DNA of 64,000 nucleotides from Spirochaetota bacterium (GTDB lineage Bacteria > Spirochaetota > UBA4802 > UBA5550), in the NCBI GenBank assembly GCA_963664815.2, contig CAXXHB010000003.1:160001-224000 (forward strand), read 5' to 3'. The notes below the pieces were generated by a model. The model made no database searches, was not told the DNA's origin, and saw nothing but the letters and a program-made list of their open reading frames with translations. Positions 13,412-24,734 of the stretch are shown piece after piece. The translations under genes and the position numbers were made by a program. Numbering within the stretch: position 1 is the first letter of the stretch; each line of letters opens with the position of its first letter.

Positions 13412-13750
13412 ATGAATAGTGTAAGTGATTGTGTAAAGACTAAACTGAAAATTAATGATAATGTCGTGGTTGTCAGTGGTTCAAATAGAGGTAAAAGAGG
13501 AAAAATATTAAAGGTCGACAGAGTAAAGGGTAGAATCATTGTTGAAGGTGTTAATAAAAGAAATAAGTATCTGAAACCTTCACAGGAGAATCCTCAGGGA
13601 CGAATGATAAATCTTGAATTTCCTATTCATATCTCCAATGTTATGTATTTTTGTGATAAATGCAAAAAGGGTGTAAGAATTGGAGTAGAATTAAAAGATA
13701 AATCGAAATCAAGAATTTGTAAATCGTGCTCAAAAAGCATAGATAAATAA
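13412..13750 (+). CDS. rplX: 50S ribosomal protein L24
   Basis: KOW motif, IVEGVN, PIHISNV. Confidence 0.97.
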   Translation: MNSVSDCVKTKLKINDNVVVVSGSNRGKRGKILKVDRVKGRIIVEGVNKRNKYLKPSQENPQGRMINLEFPIHISNVMYFCDKCKKGVRIGVELKDKSKSRICKSCSKSIDK

Positions 13751-13761
13751 GGATATTGGAC

Positions 13762-14313
13762 ATGCAAGTAAGATTAAGAGACGAATACAATAAAAAGTAT
13801 AAAAAGAATCTGATGGATAGTTTTAAGTATAAAACTGTCATGCAGGTACCGAAATTGGAAAAAATAGTGTTAAACGTCGGGATGGGTGATGCACACTCTA
13901 ATACTAATTATCTCAATTCTGTGATTGATGAACTGACTATGATTACTGGGCAGAAAGCTGTAAAAACTGTTGCAAGAAAATCAATAGCAAATTTTAAAAT
14001 CAGGGAAGGATATGATGTCGGCTGCAGGGTTACTCTGCGTGGTGTTATGATGTATGAATTTATTGACAGGTTGATAAATATTGCTCTTCCGCGTGTAAGA
14101 GACTTCAAAGGTCTTTCTCCAAAATCATTTGATACTAATGGTAATTATAATTTTTCTATAATGGAACAGATTATTTTCCCGGAAATAAACTTTGATAAAA
14201 CAGAAAAAATACATGGCATTAATGTTACTATAGTAACTTCTGCAAAAACAAAAGAAGAGGCTTATGCTCTTTTGAAAGAATTCAGAATGCCGTTTAGGGA
14301 GCAGGGTAATTAA
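13762..14313 (+). CDS. rplE: 50S ribosomal protein L5
   Basis: [22 protein letters not shown]. Confidence 0.98.
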   Translation: MQVRLRDEYNKKYKKNLMDSFKYKTVMQVPKLEKIVLNVGMGDAHSNTNYLNSVIDELTMITGQKAVKTVARKSIANFKIREGYDVGCRVTLRGVMMYEFIDRLINIALPRVRDFKGLSPKSFDTNGNYNFSIMEQIIFPEINFDKTEKIHGINVTIVTSAKTKEEAYALLKEFRMPFREQGN

Positions 14314-14314
14314 T

Positions 14315-14500
14315 ATGGCAAAAACAAGTATGATCGCCAAACACAAGATGGGCGGAAAATTTAAAGTGCGCAATTATAATAGATGTGCAATATGTGGGAG
14401 ACCCAGGGGCTATATAAGAAGATTTGATATGTGTAGAATCTGTTTTAGAAAGCTTGCCAGTGTTGGTGCTATTCCTGGTGTAACGAAATCGTCATGGTAG
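14315..14500 (+). CDS. rpsN: 30S ribosomal protein S14, Zn-binding type
   Basis: 61 aa, CAIC...[12 protein letters not shown]. Confidence 0.98.
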   Translation: MAKTSMIAKHKMGGKFKVRNYNRCAICGRPRGYIRRFDMCRICFRKLASVGAIPGVTKSSW

Positions 14501-14527
14501 AAAATAAAAGTGGAGAGTGGTTGAAAC

Positions 14528-14929
14528 ATGAGTGCTACTAGTGATCCAATTGCAGATATGCTAACTCGAGTAAGGAATGCAGTCAAGGCAGAGCATTTGA
14601 AAGTAGATATCCCATCATCAAAAATGAAAGTTGCTATAGCTAAGATATTGAAGGATGAAGGATTTATTAAAAATTATAAAATCATTGAAGATAATAAGCA
14701 GAAAATATTGAGAGTTTATTTAAAATATAGTGATCAGAATCAATCTGCATTGTTAAGTCTTGTTAGGATTAGTAAGCCTGGAAGAAGAGTCTATACAAAA
14801 GCTGAAGAATTAAAACCAGTTTTTAATAATATTGGAATAAGGATTTTATCTACACCAAAGGGTGTAATAACAAACAAAGCTGCTCAGAAGCTGAATGTTG
14901 GCGGCGAAGTTATTTGTGAAATTTCATAG
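14528..14929 (+). CDS. rpsH: 30S ribosomal protein S8
   Basis: [23 protein letters not shown]. Confidence 0.99.
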   Translation: MSATSDPIADMLTRVRNAVKAEHLKVDIPSSKMKVAIAKILKDEGFIKNYKIIEDNKQKILRVYLKYSDQNQSALLSLVRISKPGRRVYTKAEELKPVFNNIGIRILSTPKGVITNKAAQKLNVGGEVICEIS

Positions 14930-14947
14930 TGGAAAGAGTGTATAGAT

Positions 14948-15490
14948 ATGTCTAGAATAGGGAAATTACCAGTCGAGATACCAGGAACTGTAACAGTTAG
15001 TATAATTGATTCAAATGTTAATGTAAAAGGTCCACTTGGTGAAGACAATTTAAATTTATTGACTGGTGTTAATGTAAAAAAAGAAGCAAATACGCTCAAT
15101 GTAATAATTGACGATGATAATAATAAGCAACTGAAGGCTTACCATGGTCTATTCAGAACTTTAATTAATAATATGATAGTTGGTGTTTCAACCGGATTTG
15201 TTAAAGAAATGGAAATTGTTGGTGTTGGATACAGGGCCATACAACAGGGAGCTGATATACAGTTTCAATTAGGATATTCTCATACAATATTGTTTCAAGC
15301 GCCTAAGGGAATAACTCTTGAAGTAACAGAGCCGACAAAATTTAAAGTGAAAGGATTCAATAAAGAACAAGTAGGTCAGATTGCAGCGAATATACGAAAA
15401 CTACGTCCACCTGAACCGTATAAAGGGAAAGGCATTAGATATAAAAATGAAAATGTCAGGAAAAAAGCAGGAAAAACAGGTAAAAAATAA
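14948..15490 (+). CDS. rplF: 50S ribosomal protein L6
   Basis: [21 protein letters not shown]. Confidence 0.99.
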   Translation: MSRIGKLPVEIPGTVTVSIIDSNVNVKGPLGEDNLNLLTGVNVKKEANTLNVIIDDDNNKQLKAYHGLFRTLINNMIVGVSTGFVKEMEIVGVGYRAIQQGADIQFQLGYSHTILFQAPKGITLEVTEPTKFKVKGFNKEQVGQIAANIRKLRPPEPYKGKGIRYKNENVRKKAGKTGKK

Positions 15491-15855
15491 TGGATAAGTT
15501 GTCTTTAAAAAAGAAAAGATTTAATAGAAGAAGACTAAGAGTTAAGAAAAAGATTAGAACCAGTAGTGATATCTTTAGATTATGTATCTCTCGAAGTAAT
15601 AAGAATTTTTATGCGCAGATAATTGATGATACCAGGGGTCATACACTTGTTGCTTTATCTTCACTTTCACAGGAATTTCCGGATTTAAAAAATAACGGAA
15701 ATATCGAAGCGGCCAAAGTACTGGGGAAACTTATTGCTGAAAAAGCTGTGACAAAAGGTATAAAAAAGGTTGTGTTCGACAGGAATGGATATCTTTATCA
15801 CGGAAAAATAAAGGCTTTTGCTGATGCAGCCCGTGAAAATGGGCTAGAGTTCTAG
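15490..15855 (+). CDS. rplR: 50S ribosomal protein L18
   Basis: [20 protein letters not shown]. Confidence 0.98.
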   Translation: MDKLSLKKKRFNRRRLRVKKKIRTSSDIFRLCISRSNKNFYAQIIDDTRGHTLVALSSLSQEFPDLKNNGNIEAAKVLGKLIAEKAVTKGIKKVVFDRNGYLYHGKIKAFADAARENGLEF

Positions 15856-15864
15856 GAGTTTAAT

Positions 15865-16377
15865 ATGAAGATTAAAAGAAAAAAAGTAAAAGTTGATGGA
15901 GTAGAGATTACTGATAAAGTTGTAGTAATAAACAGGGTTGCAAAGGTTGTAAAGGGGGGTAGAAGATTTTCGTTCAGTGCTTTATCTGTGATAGGAGATG
16001 GTGATGGTCATGTTGGTGTTGGTTTTGGTAAAGCAAATGATGTTCCAGATGCAATAGATAAAAGTAAAGAAGATGCTAAAAAGAATTTATACAAAGTAAA
16101 TTTGAATAAAAATACAATTCCTCATGAAGTGATTGGTCAATTTAAATCTGCAAAAGTTATTATGAAACCGGCAGCTCCAGGAACCGGTATAATTGCTGGT
16201 GCTTCAGTAAGAGCGGTTATTGAAAAAGCAGGGATTTCTGATATATTGACAAAAGCTCAGGGATCAAGAAATCCAATAAATATAGTTAAAGCTACACTTG
16301 ATGGACTTTTACAATTGAGAAGTTTAAAAGAGGCTGCCGTAATAAGAGAAATTCCAGTCTCCAAACTTTGGGAGTAA
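15865..16377 (+). CDS. rpsE: 30S ribosomal protein S5
   Basis: [23 protein letters not shown]. Confidence 0.99.
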   Translation: MKIKRKKVKVDGVEITDKVVVINRVAKVVKGGRRFSFSALSVIGDGDGHVGVGFGKANDVPDAIDKSKEDAKKNLYKVNLNKNTIPHEVIGQFKSAKVIMKPAAPGTGIIAGASVRAVIEKAGISDILTKAQGSRNPINIVKATLDGLLQLRSLKEAAVIREIPVSKLWE

Positions 16378-16381
16378 AGCG

Positions 16382-16570
16382 ATGGCAAAAAAATTATTAG
16401 TAAAGCAAATAAAAAGCAGTATATGCACCAAACCGAAACAAAGAGCGACTCTTGTTGCTCTTGGTTTAAGAAAAATTAACGCAACAAGAGAACATGATGA
16501 TAATCCTGTAATCAGGGGGATGATTATGAAAGTACATCATCTTGTGGAAGTTAAGGAAATAATTTCATAA
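16382..16570 (+). CDS. rpmD: 50S ribosomal protein L30
   Basis: [19 protein letters not shown]. Confidence 0.96.
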   Translation: MAKKLLVKQIKSSICTKPKQRATLVALGLRKINATREHDDNPVIRGMIMKVHHLVEVKEIIS

Positions 16571-16588
16571 TTATAGAGAGAAACAGCA

Positions 16589-17029
16589 ATGGAACAATAT
16601 ACCATAAAAAAACCTGATTCAATTAAAAAGAGGAAAAGAGTAGGTACTGGACCTTCTGCAGGTGGTGGAAAAACTGCCGGTAGAGGTCATAAAGGTCAGA
16701 TGGCAAGGTCGGGAAGTAAGCATCGTGCATGGTTTGAAGGCGGTCAGATGCCATTGCAGAGACGTATACCTAAAAGAGGCTTTAATAATATTTTTAAAAA
16801 ATATTATCAGATTGTAAACGTAGAGCAGATTGATAAACTGGATTCAAGTGAAATAAATCCGGAAATCCTTTTTAATAAAGGCTTAATTGAAGATTCAAAA
16901 AAGCTTATAAAAATTCTAGGGAATGGAGAATTTAAGAAGTCTGTTAAAGTTATTGCTGACTCATTTTCTGCAAGTGCATTTGAAAAAATTAAAAATGCCG
17001 GCGGAGAAGCCATAATCAGGAAAAAATAA
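16589..17029 (+). CDS. rplO: 50S ribosomal protein L15
   Basis: GRGHKGQ, FEGGQMPLQRRIPKRGF. Confidence 0.99.
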   Translation: MEQYTIKKPDSIKKRKRVGTGPSAGGGKTAGRGHKGQMARSGSKHRAWFEGGQMPLQRRIPKRGFNNIFKKYYQIVNVEQIDKLDSSEINPEILFNKGLIEDSKKLIKILGNGEFKKSVKVIADSFSASAFEKIKNAGGEAIIRKK

Positions 17030-17053
17030 ACTATTAAACGTCAGGATAAATGA

Positions 17054-18394
17054 ATGTCAAGTGCAGTAGCTAATATTTTTAAAATTCCAGATTTAAGAAA
17101 AAGGATCTTTTTTACTATTTTTGTTTTGATAATTTATAGAATAGGTGCTCATATACCAATTCCGGGAATTAATGTTGATGCTCTGAAAAATTATTTTATT
17201 GAAGCAGAAAGTGCAGGAATGCTCGATTTTTTTGATCTTTTTGCAGGTGGTGCTTTAAAAAGATTCACTATATTTGCACTTGGTATTATGCCATATATTT
17301 CTTCATCGATAATTGTAGATCTTCTGAAAGTAGTTTTTCCTTATCTTGCTGAATTGGCAAAAGAAGGGGCTGAAGGCCAGAAAAAAATAATGCAATATAT
17401 AAAGTATGGTACAGTATTGCTTTGTACTATTCAGGGCTTAGGTTTGACTTTCTGGATGCAATCTATGAGGACATCAGATGGAGCAACAGTTGTTCCAACT
17501 GATGGAGGTATAAGTTTTGTAATTACTGCTGTAATTGCTATAGTAACAGGAACTATGGTGCTAATGTGGATGGGAGAGATGATTACCGAAAGAGGAATTG
17601 GTAACGGTATATCTTTGATTATTATGGCAGGGATTGTCGTTCGTTTACCTCAATCAATTGTTGCAACAGGTAAAAAAATATCAGATACGGGAGAACCTAT
17701 TGTAGGATTTATTCTTCTTGGGCTTTTCTTTCTTGTAGTTGCAGCGTGTATACTTTTAACTCTTGGTATGAGAAGAATTCCTGTCCAATATGGTAAAAGA
17801 ACAGTGGGGAATGCTACAGTAGGCAGATCATCACAATATATTCCATTAAGAGTAAATGCTGCAGGCGTTATCCCAATTATTTTTGCATCTGCAATAATAG
17901 TTTTTCCGGCACAGATGGTAAGGATGGCTGGTGTTCACAGTAATACATACCTTAATAAGCTCCAATTCTGGCTGACACCGGGTCAGATACCATATATAAT
18001 TATTTACAGTGCTCTTATCATATTTTTCTGCTTTTTTTATACTCAGTTACGTTTTAACCCGGTTGAAATTGCTGATAATTTAAAAAAATATGGAGGTTTT
18101 ATTCCAGGAATAAGACCTGGAGTAAATACTTCAGATCATTTAATGGGGATCTTAAACAGGCTTACTCTTTCAGGATCAATTTTTCTTGCACTAATTGCAA
18201 TAATTCCGGATTTTATAATTAGAATATGGCCGGAACAGGTTCCAAGAGAAATGGCTTTTTTATTTGGAGGGACATCTCTTCTTATAATAGTAGGTGTTGC
18301 TTTGGATACTTTGAAGCAGATAGAATCACAATTATTAATGAGGCATTATGATGGTTTTCTTGGTGGCAAGAAAAAAATTCAGGGAAGATTCTAA
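17054..18394 (+). CDS. secY: Preprotein translocase SecY
   Basis: LGIMPYISSSI, GIGNGISL, GVIPIIFA, FGGTSLLI; multiple TM segments. Confidence 0.99.
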   Translation: MSSAVANIFKIPDLRKRIFFTIFVLIIYRIGAHIPIPGINVDALKNYFIEAESAGMLDFFDLFAGGALKRFTIFALGIMPYISSSIIVDLLKVVFPYLAELAKEGAEGQKKIMQYIKYGTVLLCTIQGLGLTFWMQSMRTSDGATVVPTDGGISFVITAVIAIVTGTMVLMWMGEMITERGIGNGISLIIMAGIVVRLPQSIVATGKKISDTGEPIVGFILLGLFFLVVAACILLTLGMRRIPVQYGKRTVGNATVGRSSQYIPLRVNAAGVIPIIFASAIIVFPAQMVRMAGVHSNTYLNKLQFWLTPGQIPYIIIYSALIIFFCFFYTQLRFNPVEIADNLKKYGGFIPGIRPGVNTSDHLMGILNRLTLSGSIFLALIAIIPDFIIRIWPEQVPREMAFLFGGTSLLIIVGVALDTLKQIESQLLMRHYDGFLGGKKKIQGRF

Positions 18395-18414
18395 TATATT
18401 TTTAGAGAGAGTTT

Positions 18415-18633
18415 ATGGCTAAAGAAGAACCAATAGAGGTTGAAGGAGTAGTTGTTGAACCGCTTCCTAATGCCATGTTCAGAGTTAAATTAAATAATGG
18501 TCATATTGTTTTAGCGCATATATCAGGCAAAATGAGGATGCATTATATTAAAATTCTTACTGGTGATAAAGTTACAGTTGAATTATCGCCATATGATCTT
18601 AATCGCGGAAGAATCACTTACAGATCAAAATAA
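18415..18633 (+). CDS. infA: Translation initiation factor IF-1
   Basis: [28 protein letters not shown]. Confidence 0.99.
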   Translation: MAKEEPIEVEGVVVEPLPNAMFRVKLNNGHIVLAHISGKMRMHYIKILTGDKVTVELSPYDLNRGRITYRSK

Positions 18634-18712
18634 CAGGGAATAAGCAGAATAATGTTGACATAAAAAGAATGCCAACAGTAAATGGCTTTTTGTTCAATGA
18701 GGGGTATTATTT

Positions 18713-18847
18713 ATGAAAGTTCGAGTTTCAGTTAAGAAAGTTTGCAGTGAATGCAAAGTAATTAAAAGGCATGGTGTTGTCCGGGTAATCTGTACAAATC
18801 CGAGACATAAACAGAGACAAAAGGTTAGAACAGTTAAAAAACATTAA
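18713..18847 (+). CDS. rpmJ: 50S ribosomal protein L36 (44 aa; not in ORF track)
   Basis: Manual translation [44 protein letters not shown]; GAGGGG SD; between infA and rpsM. Confidence 0.96.
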   Translation: MKVRVSVKKVCSECKVIKRHGVVRVICTNPRHKQRQKVRTVKKH

Positions 18848-18866
18848 TCTTATTTAAGAGGACTTT

Positions 18867-19241
18867 ATGGCAAGGATAGCAGGTGTAGATTTACCAAGTG
18901 ATAAAAGAGTAGAAGTTGGATTAACCTATATATATGGGATAGGACCAAGTACGGCTCAAAAAATTATAGTAGAAGCTGGTATTAATCCGGATACGCGAGT
19001 AAAAGATCTTACAGATGATGAGATAGCAAGTATAAGGAAGTATATAGATCAGAAAGTAAAAGTTGAAGGTGATCTTCGAACTGAGATTGCTATGAATATA
19101 AAAAGGCTCATGGATATAGGATGCTATAGGGGAATAAGGCATAGAAGAGGATTGCCTGTCAGAGGACAAAATACAAAAAATAATGCAAGGACTCGTAAAG
19201 GAAATCGTAGAGTATCTGTTGGTAGCAAGAAAAAGAAATAA
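18867..19241 (+). CDS. rpsM: 30S ribosomal protein S13
   Basis: [21 protein letters not shown]. Confidence 0.99.
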   Translation: MARIAGVDLPSDKRVEVGLTYIYGIGPSTAQKIIVEAGINPDTRVKDLTDDEIASIRKYIDQKVKVEGDLRTEIAMNIKRLMDIGCYRGIRHRRGLPVRGQNTKNNARTRKGNRRVSVGSKKKK

Positions 19242-19253
19242 GAGGTATCTGAA

Positions 19254-19640
19254 GTGAAACAAAAAAAAGTAAAGAAAAAAGAGAAAAAAAATATTCCTGT
19301 CGGAAAAGCATTTATTCAGGCAACATATAATAATACTATTGTTACTCTTACAGATATGCAGGGAAATGTAATTTCTTGGGCAACCTCTGGAGGCGAGGGT
19401 TTTAAAGGGTCGAGAAAATCAACACCTTTTGCAGCTCAGATGGCAGCTAAAACTGCAGCTGAAAGTGCAATAGAAGCAGCAGGTTTACAGTCTATAGAAG
19501 TTTATGTTAAAGGTCCGGGAATTGGCAGAGAAGCTGCTGTAAGATCTTTGTTTCAAAGCGGATTGAATATTTCTAAAATAAAAGATATAACTCCAGTGCC
19601 CCACAATGGATGCAGACCAAAGAAAAGAAGAAGAGTGTAA
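19254..19640 (+). CDS. rpsK: 30S ribosomal protein S11
   Basis: [22 protein letters not shown]. Confidence 0.99.
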   Translation: MKQKKVKKKEKKNIPVGKAFIQATYNNTIVTLTDMQGNVISWATSGGEGFKGSRKSTPFAAQMAAKTAAESAIEAAGLQSIEVYVKGPGIGREAAVRSLFQSGLNISKIKDITPVPHNGCRPKKRRRV

Positions 19641-19655
19641 CGGAGAGTTTTCAAT

Positions 19656-20288
19656 ATGGCTAAATATACAGGTCCAAAATGTAAATTGTGTAGAAGAGAA
19701 ATGACTCCTTTGATGTTGAAAGGGCAGAGATGTCTGACTGATAAATGTCCGTTAAAAGGAAATAAAAAATATCCTCCAGGACCACCTAGAAAAAGAAGGG
19801 CAAAAATGTCAGATTATGCTGTTCAGTTAAGAGAAAAACAGAAAATAAAAAGGGCATATGGACTTCTTGAAAAGCAATTCAGAATTAATTTTGAAAATGC
19901 CAACAGAATGAAAGGTGTTACTGGTGAGAATATGTTATCACTTCTTGAAAGAAGACTTGATAATGTAATATATAGACTTGGTTTTGCTACTTCAAGATCT
20001 CAGGCAAGACAGTTAATTCAGCATCAACATATTCTTGTAAATGATAGAGTTGTTGATATTCCTTCTTTTATTGTCAGAGAAGGAAATAAGGTTGAAATAA
20101 GAGATTATTTTAAAACAAATTTAATCCTTGAAGACTCAATTAAACTTTCAAAAGCTATTGATTCTAAGCCTGAGTGGGTTGATGTTGATTATGAAAACAA
20201 AGTAGCAAAGATTATCAGAATACCGAAAAGAGAAGACATTAAAGATGGTTTCAATGAGCAGCTTGTAATAGAACTTTATTCAAAATAA
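19656..20288 (+). CDS. rpsD: 30S ribosomal protein S4
   Basis: QLREKQK, LERRLDNVIYRLG, EQLVIELYSK. Confidence 0.99.
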   Translation: MAKYTGPKCKLCRREMTPLMLKGQRCLTDKCPLKGNKKYPPGPPRKRRAKMSDYAVQLREKQKIKRAYGLLEKQFRINFENANRMKGVTGENMLSLLERRLDNVIYRLGFATSRSQARQLIQHQHILVNDRVVDIPSFIVREGNKVEIRDYFKTNLILEDSIKLSKAIDSKPEWVDVDYENKVAKIIRIPKREDIKDGFNEQLVIELYSK

Positions 20289-20343
20289 GTAGTTTTTCGA
20301 TATTCGATAGAGCTATTTATTTATTATTTTGTTGGAGGAGAAA

Positions 20344-21309
20344 ATGGCCCAAAAAAATCTTCTTAAGGGCTTTAAAAGACCAGGTAAAATATCATTTGAA
20401 CATGATGATTTACAACCAAATTATGGCAGGTTTATAGCTGAGCCTTTTGAAAAAGGTTATGGTTTGACAGTTGGAAATTCACTTAGAAGAGTACTTCTGT
20501 CATCAATTGAAGGTGCGGCCATCACTGCAATAAAAATTGAAGGTGTACCACATGAGTTCTCAACGATAAGCGGTGTATATGAGGATGTAACTCGTATTAT
20601 ATTAAATCTAAAAAAATTGAGATTTAAATATGAAGGTGAAATTTCAAAAGTTCTCCATATAGTTAAAGAAGGAGCAGGAGAATTAAAAGGTTCTGATTTT
20701 AATATTGATCCTGATGTTGAAGTAATGAATAAAGATATTAAAATTGCAACACTTAATGATTCGGCTAAAATAGATATGGAAGTACAGATTGAAAGAGGAA
20801 GGGGGTATGTTCCTTCTGAAGTTAATAAATTAAATACTGAAACTGTTGGGGTTATTTCAATAGATTCTATATTTTCACCAGTCCAAAAAGTGAATGTAAA
20901 GGTTGAAGATACACGGGTTTCTCAAAGGACAGACTATGATAAACTAATTCTTGAAATATGGACAGATGGTTCAATAAGACCAGATGATGCCTTAGCTCAA
21001 TCGGCAAAAATTATAAAAGATCATATGTCAATTTTTATTAATTTTGAGGAAGAGCAGGAAGAGGAAGAAGAACAGGTTGATGAAGGTATCGAAAAAATGA
21101 AAGTTCTTCTGTCTAAATCAATAGATGACATTGAGTTTTCAGTACGTGCTTATAATACATTAAAAAGCCTTGATATTTCTACTTTGGACGAGCTAGTAAA
21201 AAGAACAGAAGATGAAGTAAGGAAATCCAAGCATAATAGTGATGTTGTGCTTAAGGAAATAAAGACTAAACTTGAGGCTTACCATTTAAGTCTTGGACTA
21301 AAGGATTGA
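20344..21309 (+). CDS. rpoA: RNA polymerase alpha subunit
   Basis: GNSLRRVLLS, HEFSTI, RGRGYV; GGAGG SD before ATG 20344. Confidence 0.99.
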   Translation: MAQKNLLKGFKRPGKISFEHDDLQPNYGRFIAEPFEKGYGLTVGNSLRRVLLSSIEGAAITAIKIEGVPHEFSTISGVYEDVTRIILNLKKLRFKYEGEISKVLHIVKEGAGELKGSDFNIDPDVEVMNKDIKIATLNDSAKIDMEVQIERGRGYVPSEVNKLNTETVGVISIDSIFSPVQKVNVKVEDTRVSQRTDYDKLILEIWTDGSIRPDDALAQSAKIIKDHMSIFINFEEEQEEEEEQVDEGIEKMKVLLSKSIDDIEFSVRAYNTLKSLDISTLDELVKRTEDEVRKSKHNSDVVLKEIKTKLEAYHLSLGLKD

Positions 21310-21322
21310 ATGAGGTTTATAA

Positions 21323-21784
21323 ATGAGACACAAAAATAAAGTAAGACAGCTTGGAAGAACTCATTCGCATAGAAAAGCTATGTTTGACAATATGGTTACT
21401 TCGTTATTTGAACATGAAAGAATTGTAACAACAAAGCAGAAAGGAAAAGAGTTAAAAAAGATATCTGAAAAATTAATTACAAAGGCAAAACATAATATTG
21501 AAATACCTGAGACTGAAGGTGAAAAAAAGCTTCATAATAAAAGGGAAGTTCTCAAGGTAATAAAAAACAGAGATGTAGTAGCAAAACTTTTTGATGATAT
21601 TGCTTTGAGATTTAAAGATCGTAAAGGCGGATATACAAGAATGTATCTTCTTGGCACAAGGCAGGGAGATGCTGCAGAAATGGCTATTGTTGAACTTGTT
21701 GAAAGAGTGAAAAAAACTGAGCCGGTGAAAGAAAATAAAAAAGATGATAAGTTAAAAAAAGTTAAAGAAAAAAAATCTAAATAA
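21323..21784 (+). CDS. rplQ: 50S ribosomal protein L17
   Basis: MRHK..LGRTHSHRKA, GGYTR, RQGDAAEMA. Confidence 0.99.
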   Translation: MRHKNKVRQLGRTHSHRKAMFDNMVTSLFEHERIVTTKQKGKELKKISEKLITKAKHNIEIPETEGEKKLHNKREVLKVIKNRDVVAKLFDDIALRFKDRKGGYTRMYLLGTRQGDAAEMAIVELVERVKKTEPVKENKKDDKLKKVKEKKSK

Positions 21785-21803
21785 TCATTTTTATTTATAA
21801 AGT

Positions 21804-21832
21804 AAAAAGCTTCAGTTCGCTGAAGCTTTTTT
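21804..21832. terminator. Bidirectional intrinsic terminator
   Basis: aaaaagcttcag-ttcg-ctgaagcttttt between convergent genes. Confidence 0.9.
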
Positions 21833-22709
21833 ATTTTTTCTTTTCAGATGTCTTTTTCTTTCTTTCCAATTCCACGGGATATAACAGTTTTTCATTATCA
21901 ATAGCGTCGACTTTAAATTTTTCAGGGATTCTATCATCAAAAATTGATGTTATCTGATTTTTTTTCAAATCATATTTATCCTGTATAGAACCTGTATTGA
22001 ATTCATTTTTTATTTTATATATTTCAATTGCTGATTGTTTAGCCATACGACAGAATTGTATAGTATTCATATATTTATCTATTATAAAGTTAAGTTGATC
22101 AGATTTAATTTTTTTTCTACTTTTTATAAATGCTATTTCAGGATCATTAAAAAACTTTAAGGCATCACTAAAATTTGAATGACCATCACGTAAATAAGTT
22201 TCAACTCTATGTGAATCGTAGAAAAAATGAAAATCTTTTGAAGTAAATTTATCATCATATGGTTTAACATCTTTAAGTGGATCAAATGGTTTATTAAAGT
22301 AAGTAGAATAACCGCTGTTTTTGTTGTAAGTTATAAATACTTCGATCACACTATTTTCTGCTGCGGTAGCGGCTAAAATTTCTTTTGTTCTACTTATATA
22401 AATTTTACTTACTGTTTCAAGAACTTTAATAATTTCAAGTTTAAGATTATAATATTTTGTAGCTGAAGAATCATAATTTGTTCCATAATATTCAAGAGTA
22501 GCGTCCTCGAAATTCTTCATAAGATTTTCATATGCTTTCTGATTTTCATCTGTTTTAAAATTAGTCAACATTGGTTTCATTTCACGGAGTATCTTTGTTG
22601 TATAGTAATAATCTTTACTCGATTTTACGGCTGATGAAATAGCAAAAGCATTAGAATATATTAAAATAATGGAAGTCATTAATAAGGTAGCAGTTTTTGT
22701 AATTTTCAT
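21831..22709 (-). CDS. Secreted alpha-helical protein, resembles Leptospira LIC11274-type family (from recall)
   Basis: Signal peptide MKITKTATLL...AFA; GAGG SD at ATG 22709; motifs YISRTKEIL, DFHF, IQFCRMAK, FDDRIP...DAID. Confidence 0.6.
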   Translation of the reverse strand: MKITKTATLLMTSIILIYSNAFAISSAVKSSKDYYYTTKILREMKPMLTNFKTDENQKAYENLMKNFEDATLEYYGTNYDSSATKYYNLKLEIIKVLETVSKIYISRTKEILAATAAENSVIEVFITYNKNSGYSTYFNKPFDPLKDVKPYDDKFTSKDFHFFYDSHRVETYLRDGHSNFSDALKFFNDPEIAFIKSRKKIKSDQLNFIIDKYMNTIQFCRMAKQSAIEIYKIKNEFNTGSIQDKYDLKKNQITSIFDDRIPEKFKVDAIDNEKLLYPVELERKKKTSEKKK

Positions 22710-23035
22710 AATTTCCTCTATTGCAGAATATATTCTGACATTATATATTCGACAATAGAAATACATCACTTAACTATAAAATTAAATAATTAATTTTATT
22801 AAAAAATATCAAATTTATCAATTTAAAAAAGTAAAAAAATTTTGTTGAATATTTATAGAATATTTATTGATATTAAAGAATAGAAAGTAAAATATTTGTA
22901 TTATCTGGTAATAATTGAAAAAAAATATGGGTAAAATATATCTGAATTAAATGATGAAAAAGATAGTTTATCTGCAAAGTGTTTAAAATTGTTATTAGTA
23001 AAAAATGGATGTATAACTGAAATAGGGAGTAAAAA

Positions 23036-23902
23036 ATGGAAGAGACAAAAAAAATATCCTTCAGGCAGAAAAATAAAACTCTTTGCCCAGTTTGTACAAA
23101 TGAGTTTTATCGTGAAGAGATGTTTACAGGAAGCGGAAGGTTAATTGCAGAAAAAATTACTGATGAACTTAGAAGGTTATATAAGGAAAGTAAAAAATAT
23201 GGTAAAGTGTATCCTCTTGCATATATATTGAATGTATGTCCAAACTGTTTATACACTGCTTATCCAAAAGATTTTAGCGACATTACAGATGATGAAATAT
23301 CAAAGCTGCAGCAGATGAAACCTGCAAGAAAAAATGCGGTTGAAAAATTTTTTAATCAACTGGATTTTAATGATGACAGAAACTTAATGCTTGCAGCCGC
23401 ATCATACATGCTCGCAGTTGATTGCTATAATTTCAGGAAAAAAAATGTTGCACCTACTTTTAAAAAAGGCGTTTCTTCTATACGAGCTGCCTGGCTTTTT
23501 TCAGACCTCGCAGAAGAATATCCGGATCAGCCATATAAAAAATTATCTTTATTTTTCTATAAGAAATCATATGATTTCTATCTTAAAATTCTCGATTTAT
23601 TGCAAAGTGGCGCTGAACCTGCAGATGCAGCCGGGAATATGGGGCCAGATACTGACAGAAACTGGGGTTATGAAGGTATACTTTATTTATCTGCGGTTCT
23701 TACTGTAAAATATGGTACTACAGAAAAGGATATAAATAAAAGGATTGAAAATTTCAACATCAGTAAAAAATACTTGAGCAGGCTTTTTGGTTCAGGGAAA
23801 TCTTCAAAGAATGTTCCTACTGAATTACTTGAAAAAACCAGAATATTATATGATAAAATTAATGCAATGCTTGAGCAGTGGGAAGGGGAAAAGGAAGTTT
23901 GA
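23036..23902 (+). CDS. DUF2225-domain protein (Zn-finger plus helical region)
   Basis: CPVC...GSGRL...YP...VCPNCLY; IRAAWL. Confidence 0.8.
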   Translation: MEETKKISFRQKNKTLCPVCTNEFYREEMFTGSGRLIAEKITDELRRLYKESKKYGKVYPLAYILNVCPNCLYTAYPKDFSDITDDEISKLQQMKPARKNAVEKFFNQLDFNDDRNLMLAAASYMLAVDCYNFRKKNVAPTFKKGVSSIRAAWLFSDLAEEYPDQPYKKLSLFFYKKSYDFYLKILDLLQSGAEPADAAGNMGPDTDRNWGYEGILYLSAVLTVKYGTTEKDINKRIENFNISKKYLSRLFGSGKSSKNVPTELLEKTRILYDKINAMLEQWEGEKEV

Positions 23903-24666
23903 GCAGATATGCGTTATTAGTTCAATATGATGGTACTCTTTTTAATGGATGGCAATTGCAGAATGGTGGGAAAACAATCCAGGGTGAGTTTGAAAATGCA
24001 ATAGAAATTCTAACAAAGGAAAATGTCAGAGTAACTGCTTCCGGGCGGACGGATACGGGCGTTCATGCTCTTGGGCAGGTTGTTCACTTTGATCTTGCTA
24101 ATGAAATTTCACTTCAAAAGATGTGTATAAGCCTCAATGGAATATTACCTTCGGATATATCAGTAAAAAATGCTTTTAAAGTAGGATTCGATTTTCATTC
24201 AAGATTTATGGCTATACAAAGGGAGTATATTTATTTTATTTACAGGTATCCGTTGCGTACACCGTTTATGCGTAATAAAGCATTATGGATTAATCACACA
24301 TTAGAAGCAGATTATATAAGAGAGGCTGCTGGATATCTTATTGGTGAGAATGATTTTGCATCATTTTGCAAAAAAATATCAGTTGGAAACGGTACTGTAA
24401 GAAAGATAGAATCGATTGATGTCGCGGAACAGGATGATCTTATTAAGATCAAGCTTAATGCTAATGCTTTTCTTCATAATATGATAAGAATAATTATTGG
24501 AACAATTGTTCAGATGTACAGGGAAAAAAGAGACCCTTCATATATAAAACAGATACTTGAAAAAAAAGACAGGTCGGCGAGTGGTTTCACAGCTCCACCA
24601 TATGGACTATATCTAAATAGGATTATTTATAATCCGCCACTTAACTTTTATGAATCTGCATTTTAA
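23899..24666 (+). CDS. truA: tRNA pseudouridine(38-40) synthase
   Basis: YDGT..GWQ, SGRTDTGVHA, FLHNMIR, APPYGLYL; TTG start overlapping upstream TGA. Confidence 0.96.
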   Translation: MSRYALLVQYDGTLFNGWQLQNGGKTIQGEFENAIEILTKENVRVTASGRTDTGVHALGQVVHFDLANEISLQKMCISLNGILPSDISVKNAFKVGFDFHSRFMAIQREYIYFIYRYPLRTPFMRNKALWINHTLEADYIREAAGYLIGENDFASFCKKISVGNGTVRKIESIDVAEQDDLIKIKLNANAFLHNMIRIIIGTIVQMYREKRDPSYIKQILEKKDRSASGFTAPPYGLYLNRIIYNPPLNFYESAF

Positions 24667-24734
24667 TTATTGACATTATTCATTCATTTTTAAGAATAAC
24701 ACCGCTAAGTTAAAGTATTCTGGGCAGATAATAA

